64,000 bases of DNA from Felis catus (taxonomy: Eukaryota). The DNA lies in contig NC_058383.1 of the NCBI RefSeq assembly GCF_018350175.1, positions 28,336,001 through 28,400,000 of the forward strand. The letters are read 5' to 3'. The notes beneath the pieces are model-generated. The model was not told the origin of the DNA and searched no databases. It worked only from the letters and a program-made list of their open reading frames with translations. Positions 1-13,394 of the stretch are shown here, piece by piece. Position numbers and translations under genes: made by a program. The stretch's first letter is position 1, and each line of letters starts with the position of its first letter.

Positions 1-848
1 AGGCTCCGTGCTGACAGGCGCAGAGCCTGCTTGAGATTCTCTCTCCCTCTGTCTCTGCCCCTCCCCTGCTTGGACGTACTTTCTCTCTCTCTCTCAAAAT
101 AAATAAAGAAATAAACATTTAAGAAAAAGTCTCTAGCTAGACTGAAATCTTTTCAAATGTTCTAAGATACTCACTCCACCCCTGAGAATATGTTCTAAAA
201 GTCAACAGGCACTATCCACGTGACACTGTTACAATGTTTTCTTTAAAAGAAAAAAAAAAAAGAGAGACAGCAATCTAAATGTCAAACCACAGGTAGTAAT
301 TATATAAATTATAGCTCACCAATACAAGGAACAACTGCTTCCACGTTGTGTAATTTAAAAAGTTACACAGGACCGTGGGAAAATCCTGACAACAGTAAAT
401 GAAAAACATAAGACTGAAAGTAATACGCACTGGCCACATGCGACCTTGGAAACTGCACACAAACCTGGACGAGAATCAGATGGTAACCCACCAGTAAACA
501 AACAGTGGCCTGTGGGAAAATACCTGTGGCTCACCTGACTAAGGGGCAAACTCCCAATATATCAAGAGCTCCTGCAAATCAACAGGAAAAAGACGAAAAA
601 CACAGTCACGGAAAAGAACACGCCTATCACTGGGAAATATATTGCTGGATGCTCAGCTTCTGACCTAAAGGGAAACGCAAACACCAATAAGGCATTTTTT
701 AACCCATCAAACTAACAAACTTGTTTATGCCCAGTGCTTGGGATGATGCAAAGAAAGGGGACTTCTCATTCACCGTCAGTGGCAATGGACTTGCTACATT
801 TTCCTTTCTGGAAAATAACCAGCTGATACCTATTTTAAAAATTTTACA

Positions 849-1062
849 GGGGGCGCCTGGGTGGCTCAGTCGGTTGGGCGTCCAACTTCGGCTCAGGTCA
901 TGATCTCGCAGTCCGTGAGTTCGAGCCCCGCGTCGGGCTCTGTGCTGACCGCTCAGAGCCTGGAGCCTGTTTCAGATTCTGTGTTTCCCTCTCTCTCTGA
1001 CCTTCCCCCATTCATGCTCTGTCTCTCTCTGTCTCAAAAATGAATAGACGTTAAAAAAAATT
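849..1062 (+). mobile_element. Felid CanSINE (SINEC_Fc2-like); representative of about 55-60 copies in the window
   Basis: GGGGCGCCTGGGTGGCTCAGTCGGTT head, (CT)n segment, A tail, TSD AAAATTTTACA. Confidence 0.9.
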
Positions 1063-2147
1063 AAAAATTTTACAGAATTCCGACCCATGTACAAGGATGC
1101 TTACTGGAGCACTGTTCACAGGAAAGAAAAATGGAAAATCATGCAAACAGTGGTTACTAATAGGGAAGTGACTGAGTTAATTATAACAAATCTGCAAGTT
1201 GGAATATTAAATAATTATGAATATTATATATTATATTAAATATCATTATGTTAGGGGTGCCTGGGTGGCTCAGTCAGTTAAGTGTCTGACTCTTGACTTG
1301 GGCTCAGGTCATGATCTGTTTGTGGGTTCAAGTCCCACATCGCGCTCTACACACACAACGTGGAACCTGCCTGAGATTCTCCCCTCCCCACCCCCCGCCC
1401 TCCCCAGCTCCTGCACCTGTACACATGCTCTCAAAAATAATATTTAAAAAATACATTATGTAATACGTAAAGAGTATTATATAAATTCTATGTATTGACA
1501 TGTATCATGTTAAGTGGAATTAAAAAGCAGAGTGGGGCGTCTGGGTGGTTGAGTAGTACATGTGACTCTTGATCTCAGGGTCGTGAGCTTACGCCCCACG
1601 TTGGGCATGGAGCCCACCTGAAAAAATCTTTTAAATAAACAATAAAATAAAAATCCCTATGATGACTGTGTTGTAACACAAAGTGTCGCTCTTATAAGTC
1701 ACGCAACGGACGAAACCAGAAAGCTTACGTGTGAAAAATTAAATCGAGTTGCATCAGCATGATGGGACTCTCAAACTTTGCATGTCGTTCAACTGTTGAC
1801 ATAAATGCGCTTTTGAAATGACAGAGAAGGCAAAGAATTTTAAAATTCAACCATATATATTTCTTTAATGGGAGCAAAACCAAGCACTCTCCAGACAGAA
1901 CTCCTTAGAATGTACGGTTTAACACAGCTGGACAAAAACCCTCTCCTGTAGGAGGGAAGCAACATGAACCTGGTCAAGGTCCAGCTTGCTTCCTCGCCTC
2001 ATCAGGCCAGCAACACAACGGGTGCTTAATAAATGCTGCTGGGTGGTGGGTCCATGAGCGCACAGCGGCCACTAGGCGATCAGAACTATCAAATTTTCAA
2101 AGCACAGGTCCCCTCGTCCCAGCCATTCCTCAGGCAGGAACTTATTC

Positions 2148-2158
2148 TGCTGAGTCAT
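2148..2158. promoter_or_regulatory. Consensus NRF2/sMAF antioxidant response element TGCTGAGTCAT
   Basis: Exact motif match in ABCC1 intron 1; function is not shown by the sequence. Confidence 0.4.
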
Positions 2159-4664
2159 TTACATCTCCTCGCATGCAAAGATGAGTGCCCGGGAATGCTC
2201 CAGGCAGGACTGTTTATCATGCCAAAATTCTGGAACGAAGACCCACAGAGACAAAGGTGGGGCGGAGGTTAGTACCGGGCACAGTCATGTGACAGAAAAA
2301 TGTATGGCTTTTAAAGAAGTGCTATTTCCTTTTTCTTTCCATCTGCAGGGACTTAACGTGGAAAAAAAAATTGACACTGCTATTTTTTTAATCGTTATTT
2401 AATTTATCTTGAGAAAGACAGGGAGACAGAGAATCCCAAGCAGGGTCCTTGTGGTCAACACACAGCCCCATGCAGGGCTCGCTCTCACATATGTGAGATC
2501 ACGACCTGAGCTGAAATCACGAGTCACACTTAACTAACTGAGCCACCCAGCCGCCCCAATTTTGGCTTTTAAGTGAAGGGAGCAAAATACAGAACATTAT
2601 TTAGAATACAAACCCACCTAGGGAGGAACAAAAGATATCCATACTCCCTCACCCTTTCATACATATTTGCATATGCTTGGCATTTTTTCTAGGATGCCCA
2701 AGAAACTCTATCACCAATGGCCACCTCTGAGAAAAGAAGGAGGGGGAAGAACTAAACATCTGCTTTCCCGCTGTAGAGACTATTCACATTTTTAAAAATA
2801 ATAGCACAATCAAAACAGTTACCACCCAAGATCTTCACGCTATCAGCCAGATCAATTGAACATCTAGTTTTAAAAGAGTTTTCCTTGGGGCGCCTAGCTG
2901 CCTCAGGTGGAAAAGCATGCAACTCTTGATCTCAGGGTTGTGAGTTCCAGCCCCATGGCGGGTGCAGAAATTACTTAGAAATAAAACTGAAAAAAAAAAA
3001 TGGAAAAAGAATAGCACTTTCTTAGCAATTTAAAGAGAGTCATCTTAACTGGTCAGGAAACGCCTTTGGAAGAGAATCAAGGGCAGCTGGGAGTGGGGAA
3101 TCCCAACTCGGGTCTGACCCTGAAGGGTTTTCAACTGTGCTTCGGAAACAGGAGACTCGTAAAAAATATACATTGAATTTCACTATAAAAACCCGAGACT
3201 CGTTCCCACCTAAATGGATCAGAGGCCCATGCCTCTGCAAGTAGTGCTGTTTCCTCGCCAAGCTTCCTCTTTGGAATTTTCAGGCCCTGATTATTATTAT
3301 TAGTGCTTTGTGCCTTTTTGCAGAATGCTGCGGCCAAGAGTTTTATGAGATGGGCTCTGTAGTTCTGTGGAGTTAAACTCTGTAATACTCTGACCGCTCC
3401 AGGCACCCCAGGGTCTTTGCACTTGGGAGTTCTCGTTACCTAATACTTCCTCCCCCTAGTCCTTTCATGGCCAGCTTTGCCGTTCAGATCACAGGTCAAA
3501 TGTTACCTCCTCTGCAAGGCTGTCCCTGGGTATCCTCTATCACAGCTCCCACGCCATGCCAGGTCCTCTGGTTTCTGTCCTTGTGGCACTTACCATGCCC
3601 CAGAATTATTGCGGTCATTCCTAGTGTAAGCTCCATGAGCATATGCACCTCATCTCCTTTGTTTGTGGCTGCACTTCCAGCGCCCTCCCCACAACAGGGC
3701 TGCAGACACACAGATGTTCAGTTAACAAGGCTGAATCGATGAACGCATCGGAAACAGTTGTAGGAAGAACAAGAGATGAAATCCAGTGTTGGGACACCCT
3801 GGGGGCTCAGTCGGTTAAGCGTCCAACTTCGGCTCAGGTCATGACCTCACGGTTTCTGGGTTCGAGCCCCACGTCAGGCTCTGTGCTGACAGCTCAGGGC
3901 CTGGAGCCTGCTTTGGATTCTGTGTCTCCCTCCTCTCTCTACCCCTCCCCCGCTCATTCATTTTCTCTCTTTCTATCTCCAAAACAAATAAAACACTGAA
4001 AGAAAAAAAAAAAAAAACACCAGAAATCAAATCCAGTGTTTTAAAAGACCACTCTCAAGCTCTGCATACCAGGAAAAGTTTCATAAATGCTCTGCAAAGA
4101 GGAGGGCGTCTCCAATCAAGTAGCCACCTACGAGACCAATAAAAGGTAAACAGAGATTCTCAAAGGAAGGGAAAAGCCCCATAAAGCCTCAATTACTACC
4201 TCCCCAGTCATCTAGACCCATTTTCCAGGACTTGGCAACCTCCCCCAGGACATCAATCCCACAATTAAGCTAAAGGGATACTTAAGTGGAGCCTCAACGT
4301 GGTGACTGCCCATCTATCCCGAGGCAGTTTAAAAAGAGGGAGCAAAGCTTCAAAGCCAATCTCGACAGAGGTGTTTTCGCCCTGGGACTGCACCATCACA
4401 CACACTAGGACCAGAAGGGAAGGGATTCCGGTCGAAAAGCAGAGCCCTCGGTGGAAACAGGCAAACGGCACAGAAAAGGCTGAAACCTCCTTCGTCGCGT
4501 AACTGGAGGTGAACCTTCTTAACGTCTCATTAAGCTTCTCCAAGGCAACCCCTATAAGCCAATTACATGAGGCGTACAACAACCTAAAATCTCTGGGGAA
4601 AACGCAAGGGCGAGGGCAAGGCTTGCCCCCAATTTATTCTCCAGAATCCTCCACGCCAACGGCT

Positions 4665-4840
4665 GTGTGACTTCACCACCAAAGGGACATGTGGCAGCGT
4701 CTGGAGGGGAAGGTGCTGTCACAACACGGGGAGGTAGACACCAAGGAGACCGCTGGACATCCCGCAGTGCACAGGGGAGCCCTCACGGCAGAGGATTATC
4801 TGGCCCCAAATGTCAAAGTGCCCAGGCTGAGAAACTGTGC
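4665..4840. mobile_element. MER20 fragment, opposite orientation to the 23.2 kb copy
   Basis: Contains GGACATGTGGCAGCGTCTGGAG...ATTATCTGGCCCCAAATGTCAAAGTGCCCAGGCTGAGAAAC. Confidence 0.7.
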
Positions 4841-6119
4841 TGTGCCTCCAACTCCCCAAACCGGCTTCCTCAAAGGGTCCCCGTCAACCCCCAGCCTTCC
4901 AGAGCTAAGTATAGGTTCGCTACCGCCATCGGGAGACGCTGTCCCAGTTTCCACGCCAGGCTGGGGGAAACACCTGCCTCAGGATGTTCGAGTCCTTGTC
5001 ATTCTTCCAAATCCTTTTATTAGCGCTTTCTCTTTGCAAAATGTTCAGACAAGTTTTGATGGGCTAGAGGTTTACTAACCATTAAGATATGATAATAACA
5101 GCTAGACCTTATCCCACCATGAGAATCCAGAGCCAACATACGACACGAGAGGCTGGTTTCAAATGCCTCGGGCATCACTGGCAATGAGTTTATCCGCCCC
5201 CCGCCAGCAGACATGACCTTGATAAAGCCAGGGGTCTCTGCACCATTAAATAACCAATCAGATGGACCCCGGGCACTTCACCAAGAGCTTGGGCTTCAAG
5301 GCTACCGGTGCCAGGTGAGTTCTCTCAGTGAAGGAAGCAGACAGGGTGAGGAAACACAATGAAAAACAGCCGGGGACCGACGCTGGGCTCAAGGAGGAGG
5401 AGGGCTTGCAGCAAACGGGGGGCCGGCAGAGGTCTGTCCCAGGGAGGGCAGCCTGCCCTCTCCCCACCGCCCCCAGTGACCACTACCATGTACAAATGCA
5501 CCCTCCCCCCCTTCCCGTTTATCAGGTCTCCTGATTTGTCAGAAGTCAGGAATCCACATTTTTCCGTGAACTCTTTCAATCAGTCAACAGTAGCGATTAC
5601 AAGTAATCCACAATTAAAATAAGGCCAAAGCAGCACACTGGTGGACTAGATCTGATCCCCTGTTTGAAACCCGTACCTCAGACACTCTTATTTATTTTTA
5701 ATGTTTACTTTTGCGAGAGAGCGAGTGAGTGCACGTGAGCAAATGGGGTAGGAGCAGAGTACGCAAGGGACAGAGGATCCAACGCAGGCTCTGTGTGGAC
5801 AGCAGAGAGCCTGATGCAGGGCTCGAACTCAAGAACCGTTAGATCGTAGCTTGACACTGAACCAACTGAGCCACCAAGGTGCCCACTCATATTTAAATGC
5901 TGACTGAGCCTACTTATGTTTGAGGCGCTGAGTCCTAGGACAAGAGGGAGGGGCAAGACTCAGGGCTGACCCTTGCAAGGTAGAGTCTATGCCATCATTG
6001 GTGGAAGCTAGAGGGCTTGGTGTCCGTGGGTATCCAATCCAGACAGGTGAGTGACTATTCTGTCCTAAGAGATGTCTGGGAAGACGCTGCAACCCAGCTC
6101 AAGAACCATTCCAGTCTTC

Positions 6120-7030
6120 GTGTCATTTATTCCTTTCACAAATATTTACTGGGCACCTACTGTATCCCAGGCACCATTCTAACCACGGAGATAAACATAG
6201 GCAAAAAAAAAAAAAAAAAAAAAAAACAACCCACAAAAAACAAAAACCTGCCCCTTGTGGAATTGACCTGTTTGTGGGAGTTTACAGAAAATAAACAAAG
6301 TAAGTAAAATATCTGATGTATTAGATTAGTTCAAGGGGGTGTGGGGACGGGTACAGGACAGAGTGCAGAGAAGGACTGGGGGCACAAGGAAGTGGCAGGG
6401 AGTTAAGAGAAAGCTGCCTGAGGTGACATGTGACCAAACATTTGAAGGTAAAGGAACATTCCAGGCAAGGAAACAAGTGCAAAGGCCCTGAGGCAGGCTA
6501 GAAACCACTGTGGCAGGAGCAAAACGAGACAGAAAGTAGTAGGCGATGAGGTCAGAGAGGTGATGGGGCCAGCTTCTGCTGACTCCTGTAGGCCTAAACC
6601 TTTTCACTTCTACCTGAGGGAGGTGGGGAGCCGCTGCAGGGTTTCAGGCACAAGAGGGACAAGACCTGACCTGCGTCTTGAACAGGACCCTGGCAGCTGC
6701 TGAGGTGAGACTAGACCGTAGGGGGTCAAGGACCGAAGCAGGGAGAGCGGTGAGGGGGGAATGGTCAACTCCTGGAGTGAGCTGAGCAACGGTGGCCCCG
6801 GCCAAAATGAGGTGGGGGTGGCGGCCGGCTGTGAGAAGCTGGCAGATTTGGAAACATTCTGAAGCAAGCGGCAACAGCAGAGGCGTGGCAAGGGAGGGAA
6901 GGCGAGGAGTCAAGGATGCTGCGGGTTTGGGGCCTGGGCCTCCGAGGACGGGGCTGACGGTAACCGAGATGGGGAGGGTCCGAAGTCCCGTTTGGGACAT
7001 GTCAGGTTGGAGATACCCACAAGACATCCC
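6120..7030. mobile_element. L2 fragment
   Basis: L2 3' end (CATTTATTCC...AAATATTTACTGGGCACCTACTG) and the typical purine-rich body. Confidence 0.65.
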
Positions 7031-8020
7031 CCGGGGCGGGGTGATACCTACTCCTAAAAGTTGAATCCCCCACCACATTCAAAAGGTGACGCACCTACAA
7101 GAGTATCACAAACAGACCCGGTCCAGCTAGGGGAAGGCCCGGGAACCCCGAATCAGCTCTTGCCCTGCCCTGTCCCCTCAAAGGTTCCTCCTTTCTCCTC
7201 CCAGGGCCATTTACCTTCTTACCTCAGGCCCATCATGCTGCCATTCTGGGCCTTGAATTCCTGCAGGAACGGATAGGGTGAGGGGAGGACCATCCAGGGT
7301 CCCTTTCGGCTCTAACAATCCCAAGGAAGGTAGAGGAAGGCCAAGGGATCGGTCTAAAAACCTACAGAAAACTTGGGGGGGGGGGTTAGGGGTGCAATTT
7401 GGCTGTTCAAAGACTGTTGTGAACCCAGGAGGAACTATAAGAGATAAATACACTCACTCCAAGGCCAGACCTCACCCCAAGAGAAATTTCTAACGGCTTC
7501 TAAAATATTCCCTTTCCTCCCAGCCCTTGGCTGCTTATTCACATAGTCAGGGATGTCGTGTGTTCTCCATGGCAAACGGGAGCTCAGGGGCCAAGTATGA
7601 GCAGGACTCCACGAACGGCAACACGGGCCTGCTACTTCTATTAGCCACTCTCAGCGACAGCAAGTGCAGCAGCAAAAACTAACTAGAGAATTCCAGCTGG
7701 TGTGGACCGCTGACAATTACTGGACGCTAACTGTATACTCAACAGCAATACCCTACACAACTGCCAAGGATTTGCTCATTTGATCCTTGGGCCACCGGTC
7801 TTTGCTTAGTATTGCGTTGTCCCCCCGGGGAAACTGAGGCACGCAGAAAATCACTCGCCGAAACTGCAGAGCCAGGATTTGAAGCCCGGGGACGCAGGCA
7901 CTCGCTCTGAAGCACCACAGTGCACTGCTTACTAATTTGTTTCTCCGACTTTTTGACATTTTTCCGATTTTTCTATTCTGGGTCTGCAACATAATAAATA
8001 TTTTTTAAAAATTAACCCAT

Positions 8021-8255
8021 GGGGCGCCTGGGTGGCGCAGTCGGTTAAGCGCCCGACTTCAGCCAGGTCACGATCTCGCGGTCCATGAGTTCGAGCCCCG
8101 CGTCGGGCTCTGGGCTGATGGCTCGGAGCCTGGAGCCTGTTTCCGATTCTGTGTCTCCCTCTCTCTCTGCCCCTCCCCCATTCATGCTCTGTCTCTCTCT
8201 GTCCCAAAAATAAATAAACGTTGAAAAAAAATTTTTTTTTAAAATTAAAAAAAAA
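8021..8255 (+). mobile_element. Young SINEC_Fc
   Basis: CpG-rich near-consensus copy with TSD AAAATTAACCCA. Confidence 0.9.
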
Positions 8256-9335
8256 AAAATTAACCCACAAGGAGGGGCAGCTGGGTGGCGCAGTCAGTTG
8301 AGTGTCTGACTTCTACTCAGGTCATGATCTCACAATTCATGGGTTCAAGCCCCATACCGGGCTCTGTGCTGACAGTGTGGAGCCGGGAGGCTGCTTAGGA
8401 TTCTGTCTCTCCCTCTCTCTCTCTGCCCCTCCCCCACTTGCACTCTGCAAGTGTGTGTGTGTGTGTGTGTGTGTCTCAAAAAATAAATAAACATTAAAAA
8501 AAATTTTTTTTAAGTTACCCACAAGGAGAGACTCCTATTCCCAACCACCATACAAACACCAGCCACAAAACAGCCCTTCTTACCAGCACTAATGGGAAAA
8601 ACAAGCTGGCGCTGGTAAACCCAGCACCTACCTGGGTAAAGAAGCACCTCTTCTCTCCCTCCAGAGCATTTGCCTGAGTGAAGGTGGTTCAGTCCCTGGA
8701 ACCCACACTGTGGGCCATTTCCACATTCTGGTTCTTCTGGACTTTTCAGTTCACAGGGCAGAGGCAGGCAGGGACCCAGGAACAAAGACTCTGATAAGAG
8801 TCTCACGTGGGCCAGTCCCTTTAATTTCTAAACACAAGGCCTTGGTCACAGAGAAGCCAGGTATAAGGGGCGGGGCAGCAGCCCCATCCCTCCGCCCCCT
8901 CCCCAGCTGAAGAAAATGAGAATCCACAGGAAGGACAAGCAACTGGAAATATACAACTTCACCTTCAGAAAGAAGGGACTCTATTCGGGGCACAGGCTGA
9001 GCCTCCTATACGAATGATCTCATTTGCTCTTCAAACAACCCTAAGAATTGGGGCTTTTTTGGATCCTGCCCCCATTTTACAGATGAGGAAACTGAGGCAC
9101 AGAAAAGTAAAGTGGCTTCCCTCTCCCAGCCTGGAGTGTGCCGCCCTAGAAAACACAGAAAGTAGTGTGCCTGGGTGGCTCCGTGGGTGAAACGTCCGAC
9201 TTCGGCTCAGGTCATGGTCTCACAGCTCGTGGGTTCCGGCTCCGTGTTGGGCTCTGTGCTGACAGCTCAGAGCCTGGAGCCTCTTCCAATTCTGTGTCTC
9301 CATCTCTCTCTGCCCCTCCCCTGCTCACTTGCGCG

Positions 9336-9375
<40 letters not shown>

Positions 9376-11386
9376 AATGAATAAACATTAAAAAAAAAAT
9401 TTTTTTTTAAACACAGAAACTACCTGCTTTCTGTTACATTTGGTTTCTCTAGCTACCTAGAAGTTCTCACGCTGCAGTGGCCAGCTTTGAAACTCTGCTT
9501 CCAAGCTCCAAACCCTCCCTCCCCCACCCAAAACTGGGGCATCCAGGAATCCAGAAGAAGGGACAGAAGAAAGTCTGCAAGGGCAAAGACTCGGAAAAAG
9601 GGAGGGTCTGGCAACCAAGGCCATACATTGCCTGCCCCAAGCAAAACAACCATGTGGTAATTTCTGTAGCAAAAAGTCCAAAGAGAAAGAGAAAAAAAAA
9701 AAAAAAAGACACAATTGGTTTTCCTGGATGAACTTCTTAAGCTAAATAAACAGAGTACCCCCAAACACACTTTGCTTTGGAAAACCTCATTAACCATCAA
9801 CTGCCAGTTGTCACTAATAAAGTCCATCCTGATGCAAAATGTGATTCCCAGTCAACCTATTTTTTTCCCCTGTGTAATCTAAGATAAGAAAATAAACAAG
9901 GAAGCACTCCAAAATTCACAGCAACACTAGACCAGATCTCCCTCTGGATCCTTGCAAAAATAATCTTGCGGCTGTTACACCTGGCAGAGGGAACAGGGAT
10001 TCCACAGGTTTTCCAAACGGAGTCCTACTTTGCAAATGCTCTGTCCTCCAGTCCCCCAGACCCCGAATGCAAAAGTTATCTGTCAGATTCCCAGCCCTAG
10101 AGTCAATCTCTCATCCTATCAGCCTGAAATCTGGGAGACGTACTAAGGTGTATTTGATTGTTCTACCAAACGACACCCCCCCCCCCCCCCCCGCAACAAA
10201 GCCTTCCCCTGGGGCCCTCAAGGATGACTTTTTCAACACTACAAAGGCAGCAGGCAAGGGAAGGGCCACAAAACAGAACAAGGAGGTATTTTTGGATGCT
10301 AATCACCAGCTCCTAAGAGCCAAGGCTGTTTCTCTCTCCTGAATCCAAGACAAAAGAGGGAAAACAAAACTATCCTGTCCAGGTTCGCCTACTGTGTTTC
10401 CCAATAATCAAGAGAGTGTGCCACAGACGTGCCCTCCTGGAACAAAGAGGTAAATCGCATTAGAGGGAAGCTAAAGCCCAAGACAGTGGGGATTAAACCA
10501 CAGAAAGGGAACTCAGGAGCCAGAGCCAGGCCAGCACTGAGCATGCAGAGGAAAACTTGCCAGGGAAAAAGCCACGTGCATCCCCACAGACAGGAGCCTC
10601 ACATTACAGAGGTGGGACGGCCCTGCACCCCAAACCTGACAGAAGGGCCCGGTGAGGCAGCGGGGGACAGCCCTACCTTCTTTCCTGGCTGTTCCCCAAA
10701 CTTCCCATATCCTTCCCGTTTCCCCAAACCCCCCTATAGTAATTAAGCAGACAGAAAGTAAAAGACGGCAAAAATACGTAACCACAGGAGCGTAATGTTG
10801 ATGCAGCACAACCGGGGAAGGGGCAAACATCCCTTCCTCCAGCCCGAGCCTCTTCCCAGCTCAGCCGTTTGGGAATGAGGCGTTCTTGGTGAAAGGGGGG
10901 ACCCCAATCCACAAAAGACATGGGAGAACTTAAGCCGGGAAACCACCCCCTGTGCCGCCGCCCTCCCCCCACCCCCCAATCCCTGGCGTCCCCTCCCGCG
11001 GAAGGTTATTTTTAATTGCAGGGGCAACCGCAAAGCAGGAAGCCCTGTCCCCCCAAGCTCTGGCCCCTAACGTTTCCCCCAAAGCCCCGGAGCCGGGCAC
11101 ATGCACAGCCCCTGCCCCGTTCCCGGGAGCTGAGCTGCCAAGGTCCCCCCGCCCCTCCGCCCGGCTCCCATCGGCGGCGCCCGCGAGGGGCCGGGCGCGG
11201 GACCCCCGAGCCGGCTGCGGAGCGGACGAGGCGGCACCGGGCGGCCGCGGGGGGCCGCGGGGGACCGCGGGGGGCTGCGGGCCCGGCCCGGCCCGCCCGG
11301 CGCTTCCCCTCGCGGGCCGGCCTCCCAGCCGGCGGCCGCCCCCTCCCGGCGGCCCCACGCGGCCCGGGCGGCCGCGGAGCACGTAC

Positions 11387-11434
11387 CCAGAAGGGGTCGG
11401 AGCCATCGGCGCTGCAGAAGCCCCGGAGCGCCAT
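11387..11434 (-). CDS. ABCC1: ABCC1 (MRP1, multidrug resistance-associated protein 1) coding exon 1, 48 nt; the gene continues leftwards beyond the window
   Basis: The minus strand reads ATG GCG CTC CGG GGC TTC TGC AGC GCC GAT GGC TCC GAC CCC TTC TGG = MALRGFCSADGSDPFW, the MRP1 N-terminus. It is followed directly by the donor GTACGT, lies in a CpG island, and CEP20 is its known neighbour. Confidence 0.96.
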
Positions 11435-11493
11435 GCGGCGGGCAGGCGGGCAGGCGGGCGGGCGGACGGGCCCGGCTGCTGGCGGCTGCTGCT

Positions 11494-11520
11494 GGCGGCG
11501 GCGGCGGCGGCGGCGGCGGC
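11494..11520 (-). repeat. (GCC)9 trinucleotide repeat in the ABCC1 5' UTR
   Basis: Nine GGC units on the + strand, 60-86 nt upstream of the ABCC1 ATG. Confidence 0.9.
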
Positions 11521-11989
11521 AAGAGGGCGGGAGGCGGCGGCGGAGCGGGCCCGGGGCCGCAACGCCGCCTGGTTGGCCGGCGCGTCACGGGGATGCGGCG
11601 CCCCGCCCCGCCCCGCCCCGCCCCGCCCCTGCGCCCGACTCGCCTCCCGCCGCGGGGTGCCGGCGGGCTACGCTGCGCCCCTCGGCGCCCACCCCGGCGG
11701 GGGCCCGGGCGGGGGTGTGTGTCCTCCAGGAGCTGCGGGGACCCCTGCGGCCGGACCTTGCGACCCGTTTTCCAATCCCGCGGTGGCGACGGCGACAGCA
11801 ACGGTAATATCGCCAGGAGAAAACAGGTACTGAGCCCTTCGCCAGCCAGGACAGTGCCAAACGGCTTAGCTGTATCCTCATTGGATCCTTACTAGGAGCC
11901 CAGAGGTTGAGTGACTTCTCCAGGGTCACCGGGTCAGCCCCGCCAGCTGAGTCCAGAGCTGATACAGAGGACAGAGACAGTAGGAGGTG

Positions 11990-12115
11990 GATACGCTCAT
12001 CGGTCTACCCTTCACAGATGGAGAAACTGAGGCCCAGAGAGGTGAAGTGACTTGCCCAAGGTCACACAGCTGCCAACGGCACAAGTGGGATCTGAACCCA
12101 TGACCCATCTGCGCC
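11990..12115. mobile_element. MIR
   Basis: MIR core ACAGATGGAGAAACTGAGGCCCAGAGAGGTGAAGTGACTTGCCCAAGGTCACACAGCT. Confidence 0.8.
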
Positions 12116-12269
12116 AGAGGGGTCATGGCGGGAAGACTCCAGTCTCCATCCCAAACCGTTGTCACCCCCCACATAGGTAGAAAGCACCTTGCCATTTTCT
12201 CCATCATCTCTAGCAGCACTCAAATAACCAGGTTTTTGATCCTCTTAGAGGTAAACTGAGGCCTGGAGA

Positions 12270-12985
12270 CATATCTTCCTCAACTCAGGTGGGGGTTACA
12301 TGGGGCAAACCCATGTTAAGTTGAAAATATCCTATGTTGAAAATGCATTTAGGGGGCACCTGGGTGGTTCAGTCCGTTAAGTGGCCAACTTTGGCTCTTG
12401 TCATGATGTTCGGTTCATGATCTTGGCTTCATGAGTTCGAGCCCCACATTGGGCTCTCTGCTGTCAGAGCAGAGCCCGCTTTGGATCCTCTGTCTCCCTC
12501 TCTCTGCCCTCCCCTGCTTGTACTCTCTCTCTCTTTCTCTCTCTCTCAAAATTAAATAAACATTAAAAAAAAAAAGAAAATGCATTTAGTATATCTAAGG
12601 TACTAGAACATCACAGCTTAGCCTAGCCCACCTTAAATGTACTAAGAACACATACATTAGCCTACAGCTGGGCAAAATCAGATCTAACACAAAGCCTACT
12701 TTGTAATAAAGTGTTGAATATGTCCCGTAATTTGTTGAATATTGTACTGAAACTGAAAAACAGAATGGTTGTTAATCAATTTTAACTGCTCTTGAGTATG
12801 TGACCAACTGGGAGCTACAGCTTGCTGCATGGTGAGAAAGTATCATAAGGCATATCGCTAGCCTGGGACAAGATCCAAATTCAAAATTCAAAGTCCAGTT
12901 TCTACAGAATGCATATAGCTTTCACCCCATCGTGAAATCAAAAAATTGTAAGTCAAGCCATCATTTAAGTCTGGAACCACCTGTA
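12270..12985 (+). mobile_element. MER47-like Tigger-family element with a nested CanSINE (12352-12575)
   Basis: Contains GGGGTTACA...AAGTTGAAAATAT...AGCTTAGCCTAGCC...CTAACACAAAGCCTA; the SINE is flanked by a GAAAATGCATTTAG duplication. Confidence 0.7.
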
Positions 12986-13391
12986 GTGATAATTAACAGG
13001 CATTCACAGTCATGGGACTTCCTAAAGGCATGTTCTTAGCAATGAACATGAATTGACTTAAATGCTCACAACAACCCCATGAAGTTAGTATTATTATCAT
13101 GATCCCCATTTCGTGGTTGAGGAAACTGAACCCCAGAGAGGCAGAGTGATTTGTCAGGGATTACGGAGGCAGTAGGGCTACAAACCACTCTTTGAACTCA
13201 GGCAGACCGGGAAGGAAGGAATCTGTAACGCTGACCATTTTGCCGTATTGCCTCAGCACTGTTTAATGTACAGGTAGTTAGTGACAGAGGAGCTGGGACT
13301 GGGGCCTGAGTGTCTAAGCTTTCACTGTGACACCAGCAATGCCTTTCCTTCCTTCTCTCCCCCTTAATCCTTTGCCTGATGTATAGTTTCC

Positions 13392-13394
<3 letters not shown>

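Larger units (their letters stand above)
1..11386 (-). other. ABCC1: ABCC1 intron 1 (partial)
   Basis: Starts at the GT donor (11386-11385). No exon-2-like sequence recognised in 1-11386; the stretch is repeat-rich. Confidence 0.85.
10950..11820. promoter_or_regulatory. ABCC1 CpG island / TATA-less GC-box promoter
   Basis: Very high GC and CpG density around exon 1, with tandem CCCCG GC boxes (Sp1-type) at 11601-11629. Confidence 0.9.

Noticed and set aside
849..930. tRNA-like A/B boxes
   Set aside because: These are heads of tRNA-derived SINEs, not tRNA genes.
10930..11929. Long overlapping ORFs (210-293 aa) on both strands
   Set aside because: Stop-codon depletion in the GC-rich CpG island; low-complexity Ala/Gly/Pro/Arg translations. 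Only the 16-codon ABCC1 exon is supported.
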